DNA of 63,143 nucleotides, the filler included, from Octopus bimaculoides (taxonomy: Eukaryota), in assembly GCF_001194135.2 (NCBI RefSeq). It is 4 parts of 4 records of this genome, joined end to end, with 100 filler letters (N's around TTAATTAATTAA, not from the genome) between each part and the next. Parts side by side here need not be neighbours in the genome. Positions count along the whole stretch, not along the records: positions 45,956 to 58,124 come from NC_068983.1; positions 58,225 to 63,143 come from NC_069008.1; 2 more parts are not named here. One strand, written 5' to 3'. The notes below the pieces were generated by a model. The model saw nothing but the letters and a program-made list of their open reading frames with translations, ran no database searches and was not told the origin of the DNA. The position numbers were made by a program, and so were the translations under genes. The first letter of the stretch is position 1; the number at the start of each line of letters is the position of its first letter. This document shows, in pieces, positions 50,088 to 63,143 of this stretch.

Positions 50088-52089
50088 TAAATAGGATGAG
50101 GCGGCGAACTGACAGTCGTTATCGTGCCGGGGAAAATGCTTAGCGGCATTTCTTCTGACTGTACGTTCTGAGTTCAAATGCCACCGGGGTCGACTTTNNN
50201 NNNNNNNATCGTGCCGGGGAAAATGCTTAGCGGCATTTCTTCTGACTGTACGTTCTGAGTTCAAATGCCACCGGGGTCGACTTTACTTTGTTCTTTTCGG
50301 GAGTCGATAAAATAAGTACTAGTTGAACGCTGCGGTTGATATAATCAACTAATCCCACCCCCATAAACCTGATGGCCTTGCGCCAAAATTTGAAACCAAT
50401 GTAAAAAGGATGTAACTAAATACTGCAAGACTTTGTCCGACACCTTAACGATTCTGCATTTGTCCACCATGTAATAACCCTCTCCACTCGTGGCACAATA
50501 CCTGAAATTCAAAGGAGGAAAGCTAGTCCATTATTACATCGACCACATTACTTGACTGATGCTCATTTTATCGAACAGGGAAGGATAAAACATTTGAACT
50601 CAGAACATAAAGACGAACTAAGAACTGCTAAGCATTTTGTCCGGCGTACTAACGACTATTTTTTTAGCTCGCCGCCTTTGTCTATCATGTGATAATAACA
50701 ATAAGATTAACGAACTAGTTTTACTAATAACGAATTCTTTATATAAGGTTTCGAAATTTGGTACAAAGCATGTCGATTACATTGATGCCAATCCTTGATT
50801 CGTAGTTATTTCATCGATCATAGAAGTCGGGGTAATCGACTTCCCCTCCCCGCCAAATTGTTTGTCTCATACCAAAATTCAAAAGGATATGCTATTTATA
50901 TTCAAACAAATTCTGCCGGGGTTAGTTTACCTTTCATCCTTTCGGAGTAATCAAAATAAAGCATCATCCAAGTGCTGAGGTCGATGATACTGACAGTCTC
51001 TCTCCTTGAAAATTATTGCCTTTGTGCTTAAATTGACAATTATTGTGTCAATTCATACACTTTCTGTTTCGAAATAGTACACTTCCTCTTTTACTTGTTT
51101 CAGTCATTTTGACTGCGGCCATGCTGGAGCACCGCCTTTAGTCGAGCAAATCGACCCCAGGACTTATTCTTTGGAAGCCTAGTACTTATTCTATCGGCGT
51201 CTTTTGCCGAACCGCTAAGTTACGGGGGCGTAAACACACCAGCATCGGTTGTCAAGCGATGGTGGGGGGACAAACACAGACACACAAACATACACACACA
51301 CACACACACACAGTGATTTGCTTACAGATGATCGTCTACGATTTTCATTTGGGGGAAGGAACAAGGCCGAAGTTACAGAGGGTTAGATCAGACGAGTGTG
51401 GAGATAATCACCATATTGTTCTTTATGAAAGCGTAGCAACACGACGCATATTAAGTTTGTAAGAATCGAATTCCCCAGCAGATTCCACGCTGATTTCAAT
51501 CGTGTAAGGCAACTAGTGGACTGTTCGGCGATGGTCCTAATGGATGAATTCGCAAAATTTGTCAGCACTTTTTTCGGTAGTGAATGATCTTGCCAAATGT
51601 TCGTCATCTTCAACCGATACTCGATCAGCGTTGAAATGTCTCATTCAAAATCTTGTGTTCATAAAAACCTGAATAGCATATCATTTTTGATTTTGCAATA
51701 AGGCCATCAATTTTGAGGGGAGGGAAAAGTCGATTACCCCCGATCCTAATACTTCATTGGCATTTGTTTCATCGACTTCCAGAGGAAGAAAGGCAAATGT
51801 CTCATTCAAAATCTTGTGTCATAAAAACCTGACGAAGTATTTCGAATTTGTCAGCCATCGTTAAATTCGAGAAACCGTTCTAAGAAAATGCTACAGAATT
51901 TCGTGTAATAAGTGAACGAAGAAACAGACAGAATGAATCCATTTGTAAGATTGACTCAGTAATTTGCTTACAGATGGTCGTCAGCTACATTTTCACTTCT
52001 GCTTTTCTGTGGAATCACTGCACGTGCGGTGCCGAAACTTTCTCATAACACCACGTACTAGTGATATTAGAAATTTTAAGTAGTAGAAA

Positions 52090-52138
52090 CATGATGATGA
52101 TGATGATGATGATGATGATGGTACTTGCAACCGAGGAG

Positions 52139-52202
<64 letters not shown>

Positions 52203-52301
52203 ATAAAGAACAAGGACGAGGAAGACGAAATGAAAGCTGAGAAGAAGAAGAAGAAGAAGAAGAAGAAGAAGAAGAAGAAGAAGAAGAAGAAGAAGAAGAA
52301 G

Positions 52302-52333
<32 letters not shown>

Positions 52334-52345
52334 GTAGTAGAAGAA
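52090..52345. repeat. Compound trinucleotide microsatellite (GAT)n-(GCA)n-(GTA)n-(GAA)n
   Basis: Directly visible. Further (GGT)/(GAT) runs at 54710-54795 and 56665-57020. Confidence 0.95.
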
Positions 52346-53821
52346 AGAGAAGAGGGAGAAGAAAAAGAAGAAGAGCGGGAGACGAGGCAAAAAAAAGCGA
52401 CTGAATGGTAGGGATTTGAGGAGATATTTTAAGGTGACATACGGAGTCAACAGGAGGTGAGACGATACTTCACCAGCGCAGGACCACATGTTGGGCTAAA
52501 GTGCGCGCGTGCGTGTGTGCGTGTGTGCGCGCGCACAAAAGACATTTATATTATGCATTTATATAGATGAGTGTGTGCATGATGTGAGTAGAGAGAGAGA
52601 GAGAGAAAATGCGAGTGTATATGTGCAAGTATATATATATATGTATCCATGTATGTATATTTGTATTTGTGCGCATGCGTGCATGTGAAGTGGAGTGAGA
52701 GGCGCGAGCATTTAAGTACCTATACGTGAATGCTTTCCTATATATATATGCATGTTTTTGTGTATAATGTAGGACATGTAATGAGCTCTTATGTATTCAT
52801 GGATGTGACGATGAATGTGCACGTGTTTGTATATGTTTTCATGTATGTATATTTATATTTGTAAGTGTATGCGCGCGCGCGCGTGTGTGTGTGAATGTGT
52901 GTGTGTGTGTGTGAGTGTCAACAGCGTCATTATGCTAACCAGATTACAACAAGTAAAGCCTGATGGTGAAGTGGTGTTCAAGTAGCGCCACCTCGTGACG
53001 AGACTGGGGGCAATGGAAAAGGAATTGAGGAGGGGGCAATGGGGGAGGTATTGAGGGGGCAGTATGTGAACTATGAACAACTGGAGCTACTCGACAGCTT
53101 CTCGAGTTGCACTCATAGCAACCTCCTTCCCAGGCACAAACTGCCATGAATGATGTCTTTCCCCAATACCATTTCTTTTTCACCCTCTTTCTCTTTACCA
53201 TTTCTCCATCATTTCATTTATTTCCCACTCATCCCTGTTTCCCTTCTATGTCTTTGATTCTTGCTGTTTTGATAGGTTTTTTTTTCTTCTGTCTAATAAT
53301 AATTCACGAGTTTGGGAAAAACCTGCAACCCGTAACCATGTCATTTAGTCCTACCTGTTCATGGTGAAGTAGTTGGTGGCTTAACTGGTTCCCGCCCTTA
53401 CCGAACTTGTCCAGTGAGGAGAGTATGTGAGTTACCCAGAAGGATTTATAAAACAAAACCCGTCAGGGGCCGATGAACTCCTTCAGAATCAACGCGACCC
53501 ATATCCTGAAAATGGGGAGATGGACACCAGCAGAATTACGAAACCCAGTGAAACACTTTAATCGAAGCTACACTCATGTACCAATATCCAATTATATACC
53601 GAATCGATCAGGGCCCAGATTCACAAAGAGTCCCCAAGACCGAGAGGAATTGGAAAAAATTGTTAAATGATTTCAGGCGCTCCAACAACGGAAATACTAC
53701 AGAAATCACTTGAGTTTGCTTGAGTATTACATTTCCCGATCATCTATAAAAAACTAATTGCTACTGTTGCTTTTCTTTTCTCGCTTTTTTTACCTTTGTC
53801 TCTGATTTACTTGCTTGATGA

Positions 53822-54173
53822 GTGGAGGCGCAATGGCCCAGTGGTTAGGGTAGCGGACTCGCGGTTATAGGATCGCCGTTTCGTTCCCCAGACCCGGCGC
53901 TGTAAGTGTTTATTGAGCGAAGGCACCTAAAGCTCCACGAGGGGATGGTGACGAACCCTGCTGTACTCTTTCTCTTACTTCCTGTTTCTGTTGTGCTTGT
54001 AACTCAAAGGGCCAGCCTTGTCACTCTGTGTCAAGCTGAATATCCCTGAGAACTATGTTAAGGGTACACGTGTCTGTGGAATGCTCAGCCACTTGCACGT
54101 TAATTTCACGAGCAGAATGTTCCGTTGATTGGATCAAGAGGAACCCTCGTCGTCGTAAGCGACGGAGTGCCAG
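53822..54173 (+). mobile_element. SINE family B with internal deletions
   Basis: 11-bp TSD core CTTGCTTGATG (53810-53820 / 54174-54184). Confidence 0.9.
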
Positions 54174-54743
54174 CTTGCTTGATGGATTTCAATATCCACT
54201 CTACATTTTTTTCTTCAGCTCAGGACTCATAAAGCTGGTTAACCAGTTAGCGATTATCTATGTCGTATAAATGACTGAAATCACATTTCTCCTGAACTGC
54301 GGTCTGTTGCAGGTTTCAAAGCTAGTAATTTTAAGAGAAAGGTGCTAGTCGATTACAACGACCCAGAATTTAACTGATACTTTATTTTATTCACCCCGAA
54401 GTTATGAAAGGCAAAGTTAACCACGGTGAGATTTGAACTTTTGTCTGTCGTGCCAGAGTGCCGTCTTATTCTACAATTGTAACTCAGAGAGTAAGAAAGC
54501 TAGGAAGTCCGATATTGCTTTTTTTTTTTCTAAAATTTATGCAGCATCATTTTTATTTTTATTTTGCATGTCCTCAAATTCTTTCTTCTTTTCGTTTTCA
54601 GCAGGTTATTTGAATATTAATTATGCGATTCAGCTATATCCAGCATGTCATATGCTAAGCAAGTCATTGGTTATAGGAAGAACGAAATCAGTCATTCAAA
54701 AAGTACGAGGTGGTGGTAGTGGTGGTGGTGGTGGTGGTGGTGG

Positions 54744-54795
<52 letters not shown>

Positions 54796-55715
54796 TGTAA
54801 ATACATAATAATTAGATCATTAAATAATTAATTTAACATTCAAACACATTTAAACTAAAATTCGTAGTTCGGAATAATTGCATTTGGTAATCTGTTCCTT
54901 TCTTTGTTTTATTTTTTAACTGGGAAAGTTATGATACGAGACTACAGCAGTAGTGTGGAGTAAAAAAAATTATACAGCAATTAAATTAGTTAATAATTAA
55001 TATACATTTACCCATATAATTTGATTAAAACTAATAGTTAATGACCGGTATGAATTTTTTTTTTTCGTCGGCATGCATGATAGACAATTCGTTCTTCAAA
55101 GGCTCGTCAGCGAAACATAACCCAGTCGGTGAATTGCCGTATTAGCGAGGAAATCGTTTGTATTAATTCGTACATTTAAGGCAGCGTTAGAAGCGTTGTG
55201 GGGAGGGGTGACGTTTTGTGGTATGTGTTCTGGTTCTGAGTTCAAGTACGGTTGATGCTAACATATTTTTTCGAATTTTAAGCACGTTATCAGCATTTTT
55301 ATGGGGAAGGGAAATCCGAGGTAGTTAACCCAGTGTTCGACGGATACTTGTTTTATCGATCTCGAAAGGAGGAAAGGTAATGTTGACTTCGCCTATATTT
55401 AAACTCCGAACGTAAAGCGGCGAAAGAAATACTGCTAAGCACTTTGACTGAGGCTCTAACGATTCTGCCACCACTCCGCCACCATTCCTTTCTTTTTTAT
55501 TATTATTATTTGTTTCATCATTTGACTGCAGCCATGCTGGAGCACCGCCCTTAGTCGAACAAATCGACCCCAGGACATATTCTTTGTAAGCCTAGTACTT
55601 ATTCTATCAGTCTCTTTTTGCCGAACCGCTAAGTGACGGGAGTATAAATACACCAGCATCGGTTGTCAAGCGATGGTGAGGGGGACAAACACACACACAC
55701 ANNNNNNNNNNGGGA

Positions 55716-55771
<56 letters not shown>

Positions 55772-57539
55772 AATAAGACGGGCTTCTTTCAGTTTCCGTC
55801 TACCAAATCCACTCAAAAGGCCTCGGTCAGCCCGAGGCTATAGTAGAAGGCACTTGGCCAAGGTGCCACGCAGTGGGACTGAAAGCGGAACCATGTGGTT
55901 CGTAAGCAAACTACTTACCATATATAATTGCTTTAGATTTAGGGAAAGGCCAGAAAATTTAGAGGCAGGAAGTAAGTTGATTACATCGACACAAATATTT
56001 GACTGGTACCTTATTTTATCAACCCCAAAAAGAGTAAAAGGCAAAATCGACCTGGGTGATATCTGATTCTGTAAATCATTTTTTTTTTCCGATACTCTAA
56101 CGATTTTGCCACCTCGCTACCCTTCCAATGGTTTCAAATTTTGGCATACAGTCAGCAGATTCTGAAGGGATGGGGAAGTCAAATACATCGACCCCAGTGT
56201 TCAACTGGTACTTATTTTATCGACCCCGAAAGGATGTAAGGCAAAGACGACATCAGCGGAATTTGAACTCAGAAAATAAAGACGGACGAAATGCCACTAA
56301 GCGTTATATCCGGTTTGATAACAGATCAGCCCTAACTCGATGCCTTCATGGGAAACAAAGAATTCTTTCTTCTATGGACACAAGGCCTGTAATTTTGGGT
56401 GGGGAACCAGCTGATAACATCGATTCCAAAACTGAACTGGGATTTATTTCATCAACCCCGAAAAGAAGGGAAACAAAGTCGACCTTTTCCGAATTAGAAC
56501 TCAGAACGTGAAGACGGACAAAATCCTACGAAGCATTTTGTCCGGCGTGCTAACGGTTCTACCAAATCGCCGCCCTTTCGTCCCAGAGATGATAACATTA
56601 AGTATGAACATTAAACAGCTATAGTATATTTGCATATGAGGTAAAAATAATGTAACTCCAAGAACAAAATTACCTGGTGGTGGTGGTGGTGGTGGCGGCG
56701 GTAAGGAAACAGTGATAGTGATAGTGTTGGGGGGGGGGGAGATAGCAGAATGATAGTGATAATGATGACGATGATGATGATAGCTGCTGCAGTATTGGAA
56801 CTGCTAGTGGAAGTGATGATGGTGATGGCGACGGTAACGGCGGTGGTACCGTTGACGGTGCGGCAGCGCTGGTGGTGGCGGCGGCGATGGTGGTAGTGGT
56901 TGTTGTTGTTGTGGGCGTCGTCGTCGTGATCATGATAATTGTAGGGGTGGTCGTGGTGGCGATGCTGGGATAATGGCGGTGATGGTGGTGGTCGTCGTCG
57001 TCATAGTCGTCGCCGTCATGAAGATATATATAAAATGGCTGAAGAAGTCGTTGATGTTAGGAACTTTAATATTGATGAAGTTATAATGATAAATGACATT
57101 AATATAGAATTTGCGAACAGGAGATGGGTGCCGGCTGCCGAGAAGATGTAAAAGCAATGGAAATTAGCATACACCACTGCTCCCACCACTGCTCCGTTCC
57201 TTCCACCTCCCACCTGCTTCATCGTCGAATAACTAAGAATACGACGACGATCGGCAAGGTACAAAAGAATAAGGTGATCGCGCTTAGGGAAAGCAGGAAG
57301 GTCAATCCAGAAGAACAATGGTTTTCTTTGTTTGTTTGTTTGCTGGCTTGATGTTTTTTATTTGTGTTTTTTTATGTTGCACTGGGTGTCAGAGTGTACA
57401 TGTTGAAAATACAATTGGTTGACACAGAGACTTGAGAGGTAACGGGTTTTGTTTCGTTTTGTTTTGTTTTTATTTTTATATATTTTTATGGAGATTGAAA
57501 ATCATAAGACATACAAACGGACTCTCTGTCCCACATTTG

Positions 57540-57632
<93 letters not shown>

Positions 57633-57749
57633 TGTGTGTGTGTGTGTGTAGTGAATCCAAACAAAGAATAACAAACGAGAAAAAACAATAACGCGAGGAC
57701 GAAGTACAAGCACTGTATTATCAGACGCTCAGGAAAGGTAGGAACGAGG

Positions 57750-57784
57750 ATTTAACGTTTCGAGCCAGGTTCTTCGTCAGAAAT
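57750..57784 (-). ncRNA. Minimal type-I hammerhead-like motif in a microsatellite-laden Penelope-related repeat (about 57650-58125)
   Basis: ATTT-CTGACGA-A-GAAC(CTG)GCTC-GAAA-CG-TT-AAAT. Core intact, stems I and II weak. Confidence 0.45.
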
Positions 57785-57832
57785 AAAGGAAAATATATGT
57801 ATGTATATGTATATATGTATGCATACATACAT

Positions 57833-57921
<89 letters not shown>

Positions 57922-58404
57922 AACAATATATGAGTATATGCATATATATGTACATGTATGTATATACGTTCATCTACATGTACATATAGATACATAACTG
58001 GGTACATGACGTGGCAAAAGAACAAGGACAAAATGGTAAACAAGGTGCAACAAACAAGCAGGCCACATAGAAACATCCCCTTCATCAGCTACCACCATTA
58101 AAACTCCGGCGTTTCGAAGAATTANNNNNNNNNNNNNNNNNNNNNNNNNNNNNNNNNNNNNNNNNNNNTTAATTAATTAANNNNNNNNNNNNNNNNNNNN
58201 NNNNNNNNNNNNNNNNNNNNNNNNATATATACAGACATATATATGCATATATATACACATATATATCTACAGATAATTATGAAAATAAACAAATAAAACT
58301 GCTTGGGTTTGATATACAAAATATATAGACAGGTATACAAATAAATACAGAGAAAGCAAGGACTGAAAATCATGAGATGATGCGTATTCTAGTATAAATA
58401 CATA

Positions 58405-59730
58405 CAGGGGGTCCCTCAAAGGTTTACCCATTCATATTTCTTAATTATTCAAAATAAACTTAAGGTAGGATAATGAAATTTGGCACACACATTCTGACGT
58501 AGATTGTCAATCCATTGCAGTAATTACATTTCGAAATGACCACCTTTCACCTTGAACATAGCCTGCAAATGAGCGCCATATCACCCCCTCATCCAACTTG
58601 ACCCATGAAGACAGAGGGCTTCCTTCAAATCTGACACATTTCACTAGCAGCAAGCAGAAACAATACTCTCTAAGATGGACCAGATAGCGAAGTCTGTAGG
58701 ATTGATGACTGGACTTGAGGGGGGCCATATTGTATTGTTCCAAAAACCTCTGAAATGCTCACTGCACCACCTCTGAATCAAATTGAACATGAAGGCCAGA
58801 GTCCCATCTTGAGTGAAGATGTAATGGTCACCAAAGGTTTCTGTGATCCAGGGTAGCACTTTCTCATCCAACATTTCCACATAAACTTCACTGTTGACCT
58901 TGACACTAGCATTAATGAAGATCAAGGGAGACTTGGCCTCATCAGATGCAACTTCAGCCCACAATACAAGTGAAGCTGGCTTCTGATGGCATGAATGACT
59001 CCTGGTACCTTCAGGTACATCTCCTGCATTACATGCATAAGCCTGTCATTCTGCCTTTTGGTACCTGCCTCCACAGTGGAGATCTTCTCGTTGGACCAGA
59101 TCAAAACTTTGTTAGTGGCACACTTCATCTCAGCTAACATGGTTTTACCTCTGTCAAGCCATTTCTTCTCGGAAGCTGCTGAAATTAACTGCCAAGACTG
59201 TTTCTTGTATGCAGTTAGCTTTAAATCCTCTTTAAAGATCCTGTGCATTAATGATTTCTAAATATCAAGAGCTTTTGCGGCTTTTCTTGTACTCCTGCAA
59301 TGATTCCATTTCACTCACTTCTTCACAGCTTCAACAGTTTGTTTGGCACGAATTGATCATTTCCTATCAGGAATTGGCTTGCTAAAGGTACTAGCAGACT
59401 CCATATATCGTTTCCTATCAAGAATTGGCTTGCTAAAGGTACTAGTAGACCCCATATATCGTTTCCTATCAGGAATTGGTTTGCTAAAGGTACTAGCAGA
59501 CCCCATATATCGTTTCCTATCAGGAATTGGCTTGTTAAAGGTTCTAGCAGACCCATATATCGTTTCCTATCAGGAATTGGCTTGCTAAAAGTACTAGCAG
59601 ACCCCATATATTGTTTCCAGGTATTGAACACTGTTTTATGGCACACATTCAACTGTTTTGTTATGTCCTTGTTGCTGACTCCAGCTGTTTTCAAAGTGAC
59701 AATCTGGTCGCATTTTGCTTTCAGTGCCAT
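58405..59730 (-). mobile_element. Second DD37D (maT) transposon relic with internal 51-bp x5 tandem repeat (59360-59613)
   Basis: TA-CAGGGGGTCCC end. WSNEK, QDG..WPPSSPVINPTDF (37-residue spacing). N-terminus MALKAKCDQIVTLK..HTH. The other TIR is not found. Confidence 0.9.
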
Positions 59731-59807
59731 GTTTGTTTACAAATGTATTATAGACAAATGAAACAATAGACACACGAACAAAAGACAAAATGCAAGCGTG
59801 CCTGTAA

Positions 59808-60154
59808 ATATTTATATATTAACAGAGCAAAATTACCAAGAGTACAAATGATAGAGAAAATTGAAGGGGAGAAGATATGGTGTTACAAGTCCACATTCAA
59901 TGAGTCCACCTTTAAACTTCTCTGCATTATGATCTGAAATGTCAGATTTTTTTCTACCCTGAAGATGTGGGCTTTATTTACAAAATGTTTATTTTCTTCC
60001 ATTACTGGTTTCATATTCTAGTGAACTACATCTGGCAACATTATGAAGGATCTCCAAGCTCCCTGCAACAGCTGTCAGGTTTATAACACCATACTTTCTC
60101 CCCTTCAAATTTTTCTGTCATTTGAGTAAGTTTGCTCAGTTAATATATAAATAT
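59808..60154. mobile_element. MITE with about 80-bp imperfect TIRs
   Basis: ATATTTATATATTAACAGAGCAAA...TTGAAGGGGAGAAG is mirrored at 60080-60154. Confidence 0.8.
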
Positions 60155-60734
60155 CTCTATATTTATACTTAATTATTCATCATCTGAAAATCTTCACTCT
60201 TTGCTTTCTCTCTGTTTACATATAAACGTATGAATATATTTATTTTGTATATCAAACCCAAGCAGTTTTATTTGCTTATTCACATAAATATCTCCATATT
60301 TGCTCATCTGGATTCCTCTTATGAACCCCTCTTTAGCCTGTGGACTTGGTCTTGCGTAAAGATGTTGGAGCGTAAGTTCAAATCATTTGAGTACTACAAA
60401 ATATTTTCTATACCCAGAATTTTTGGATCTCATCTATTAACTATATAAATATATATATACATATGTATGAATGTGGGTGTGTGTGTATGTGTGTATGTAT
60501 ATATATATGTGTGTGTGTGTGTATATATATATATATACACACACACATACATTTATATATACAACATTTACCATGTTCAACTGCAGAACGCTACATGTTT
60601 CTTTTCATACTCTCTCAATTTATTTCCTCTTATTCCTTTTCCATTTTACCTGAGCATCAAACTAATACACCTGATTGTTGTTCCTACACCTGTCTTCATC
60701 TTTTGTTTTTTCTGTAAATTTGAACTATAGTACC

Positions 60735-60939
60735 GCCTGACTGGCCCTCGTGCTGGTGGCACGTAAAAGCACCCACTACACTCTCAGAGTGGTTGGCATT
60801 AGGAAGGGCATCCAGCTGTAGAAACTCTGCCAAATCAGATTGGAGCCTGGTGTAGCCATCTGGTTCACCAGTCCTCAGTCAAATCGTCCAACCCATGCTA
60901 GCATGGAAAGCAGACGTGAAACGATGATGATGATGATGA

Positions 60940-60945
<6 letters not shown>
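60735..60945 (+). mobile_element. SINE family D, well preserved
   Basis: GTGGTTGGCATTAGGAAGGGCATCCAGCTGTAG core and (GAT)n tail. Confidence 0.85.
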
Positions 60946-60991
<46 letters not shown>

Positions 60992-61531
60992 ATCATTTCC
61001 TTCTCTACATTAACGACCTACTTGCCGTTGCTTTCATCTGCACACACCCTTATATACACACAAACCCACTGACCTGAATAGCCAAGTCAGGATCCCCACC
61101 TCTTTCTCTTCCCCCTTGAAACATTACTATCGGGTAACAACAACTCTCAGCAGGTTGACACAATGGACGACTGTCTCTGTCTTTCTTGTGTTGTCCTTCA
61201 AATACATTCATTGTATTTTAAGTCTGTCCAGTTTTTGATATTGTTCGTTCATCTAATTAATTCTCAGTCTTCCTTTCCTCATTAATTTTTTTTTTTTTTT
61301 TTACTTTCTATAAACAGTTCTTATTAACAACTTTCACTAATTAAGTCAATACATTTGAAGGCGTAGCTGTGTGGTAAGAAGTTTGCTTCCCAACCACATG
61401 ATTCTGAATTCAGTGCCACTGCATGGCACCTTGGGCAAGTGTCTTGTACGTGAGCCTTGGGCTGACAAAAGCATTGTAAGTGGGTTTGGTAGACAGAAAC
61501 TGAAAGAAGCCCATCGTGTGTGTGTGTATAT

Positions 61532-61574
<43 letters not shown>

Positions 61575-61996
61575 NNNNNNNNNNNNNNNNNNNNNNNNNN
61601 NNNNNNNNNNNNNNNNNNNNNNNNNNNNNNNNNNNNNNNNNNNNNNNNNNNNNNNNNNNNNNNNNNNNNNNNNNNNNNNNNNNNNNNNNNNNNNNNNNNN
61701 NNNNNNNNNNNNNNNNNNNNNNNNNNNNNNNNNNNNNNNNNNNNNNNNNNNNNNNNNNNNNNNNNNNNNNNNNNNNNNNNNNNNNNNNNNNNNNNNNNNN
61801 NNNNNNNNNNNNNNNNNNNNNNNNNNNNNNNNNNNNNNNNNNNNNNNNNNNNNNNNNNNNNNNNNNNNNNNNNNNNNNNNNNNNNNNNNNNNNNNNNNNN
61901 NNNNNNNNNNNNNNNNNNNNNNNNNNNNNNNNNNNNNNNNNNNNNNNNNNNNNNNNNNNNNNNNNNNNNNNNNNNNNNNNNNNNNNNNNNNNNNNN

Positions 61997-62041
<45 letters not shown>

Positions 62042-62399
62042 GGTATAAGTTAGAGGTGTTTAAAGCCTCTAAGGGATAGATATAGCCAAAGGCACTTCTT
62101 GTAATTACCTCAGTAGGTATATTCCTTGGTAAAAGGTATACAGCAGCAGGTAATTTAGTGGGTAACTGTAGTTTAATTTATATAGGTGAGAAGAAAATGG
62201 AGGACAAACAACAAACAGAAATGCATCTTTTGCACGAGTAAGCCATTCTCACTCTCACTTTTATTTACTAATTAAATAATGGCATACTAGCGCAAAAGAC
62301 ACACTTCTGTTTGTTGTTTGTCTTCCATTTTCTTCTTGCCTATATATATATATATATATATATATGCATACACACACACACNNNNNNNNNNTATATATG

Positions 62400-62444
<45 letters not shown>

Positions 62445-63143
62445 ACACATATATATGGCAATGACACCCTGGTCTTGCACCATTTCTGCTCTACCTGTCA
62501 TTCACTACAACACCTGTCTGTGTTCAGATTGTCTTTGCACAGGGGCCATCCGGACACCTGCCTTCACCATGAATAGGAATTAATCTTCTCTCTTTGTTCC
62601 TTTGTGCCACATGGGCTCAACTCCCAAACTCTCTTCAACTGACTCCCCTTTTCTCTCTTGCTCTGACACTTCCTTTCTTCACTCCTACCCACCTTCTCTT
62701 TTCCTTGATACCCCCTCTAACCACACCCCACCCATACACCCCACTACCACATACCCACACTCCCCACCCCACACCACTCCACACACACTAGCACAGACCA
62801 CTTCCCAGCACCCACAACAAACACCATCATCTTTACACCCACACATTACAGACACACACATCCTCAGGTCAAAGTCATTAGCCCTTATCCACATACACAC
62901 ACTTACACATTCTCATACACATGCACACGCACCTTCGTTTTGGAATCACCAATACTTTATTATCTCCCCTTCTTGCTACCTCTCCTATCAAAACTTTTTC
63001 CCAACCAGCCACCATACCTGATTGCTAAATCTACAAGTTTTTTTAATTCTCTCTCTGTTCATTTTCTCTTATTCCTTTCTGTTGAACCAATACAACTGTT
63101 TTCGTCTTCTGTATATATATATATATATAAATATATATATATA

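Noticed and set aside
22701-58160. TTAATTAATTAA islands inside N runs (22701-22712, 45900-45911, 58149-58160)
   Set aside because: Identical palindromic 12-mer with stops in all six frames, always centred in gaps: an assembly spacer, not biology.
59360-59613. Regular repeats as a CRISPR array (also the 69-bp and 92-bp units)
   Set aside because: Head-to-tail tandem repeats with no unique spacers, in a eukaryotic transposon context.

Overview
Eukaryotic, AT-rich, repeat-dominated draft-assembly sequence with many N gaps. The SINE repertoire and the (TA)n/(CA)n density point to an octopus (coleoid cephalopod) genome; that assignment is an inference from recalled repeat families. Most of the window is transposon-derived: at least five tRNA-type or other SINE families, a nearly full-length RTE LINE (22757-25870, minus), older RTE/CR1/Jockey fragments, a solo LTR with a 4-bp TSD nested in a dead RTE, two DD37D (maT) Tc1/mariner relics, mariner fragments, piggyBac-like, Tc2-like and Merlin-like MITEs, a Helitron 5' end, a Helentron-like element and Penelope-type minimal hammerhead motifs. 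The best host-gene signal is a phase-consistent three-exon plus-strand model (11306-11385, 21408-21590, 21669-21711) encoding a 101-aa protein with a signal peptide that I do not recognise. Other points of note: two perfect hairpins (16324-16416, 29683-29806), an 11-bp TSD at all six fully flanked copies of one SINE family, and a CpG-poor / CpG-richer / CpG-poor domain structure. No CRISPR, rRNA or genuine tRNA gene was seen. Almost all entries in the supplied ORF track are microsatellite, N-gap or TE artefacts.
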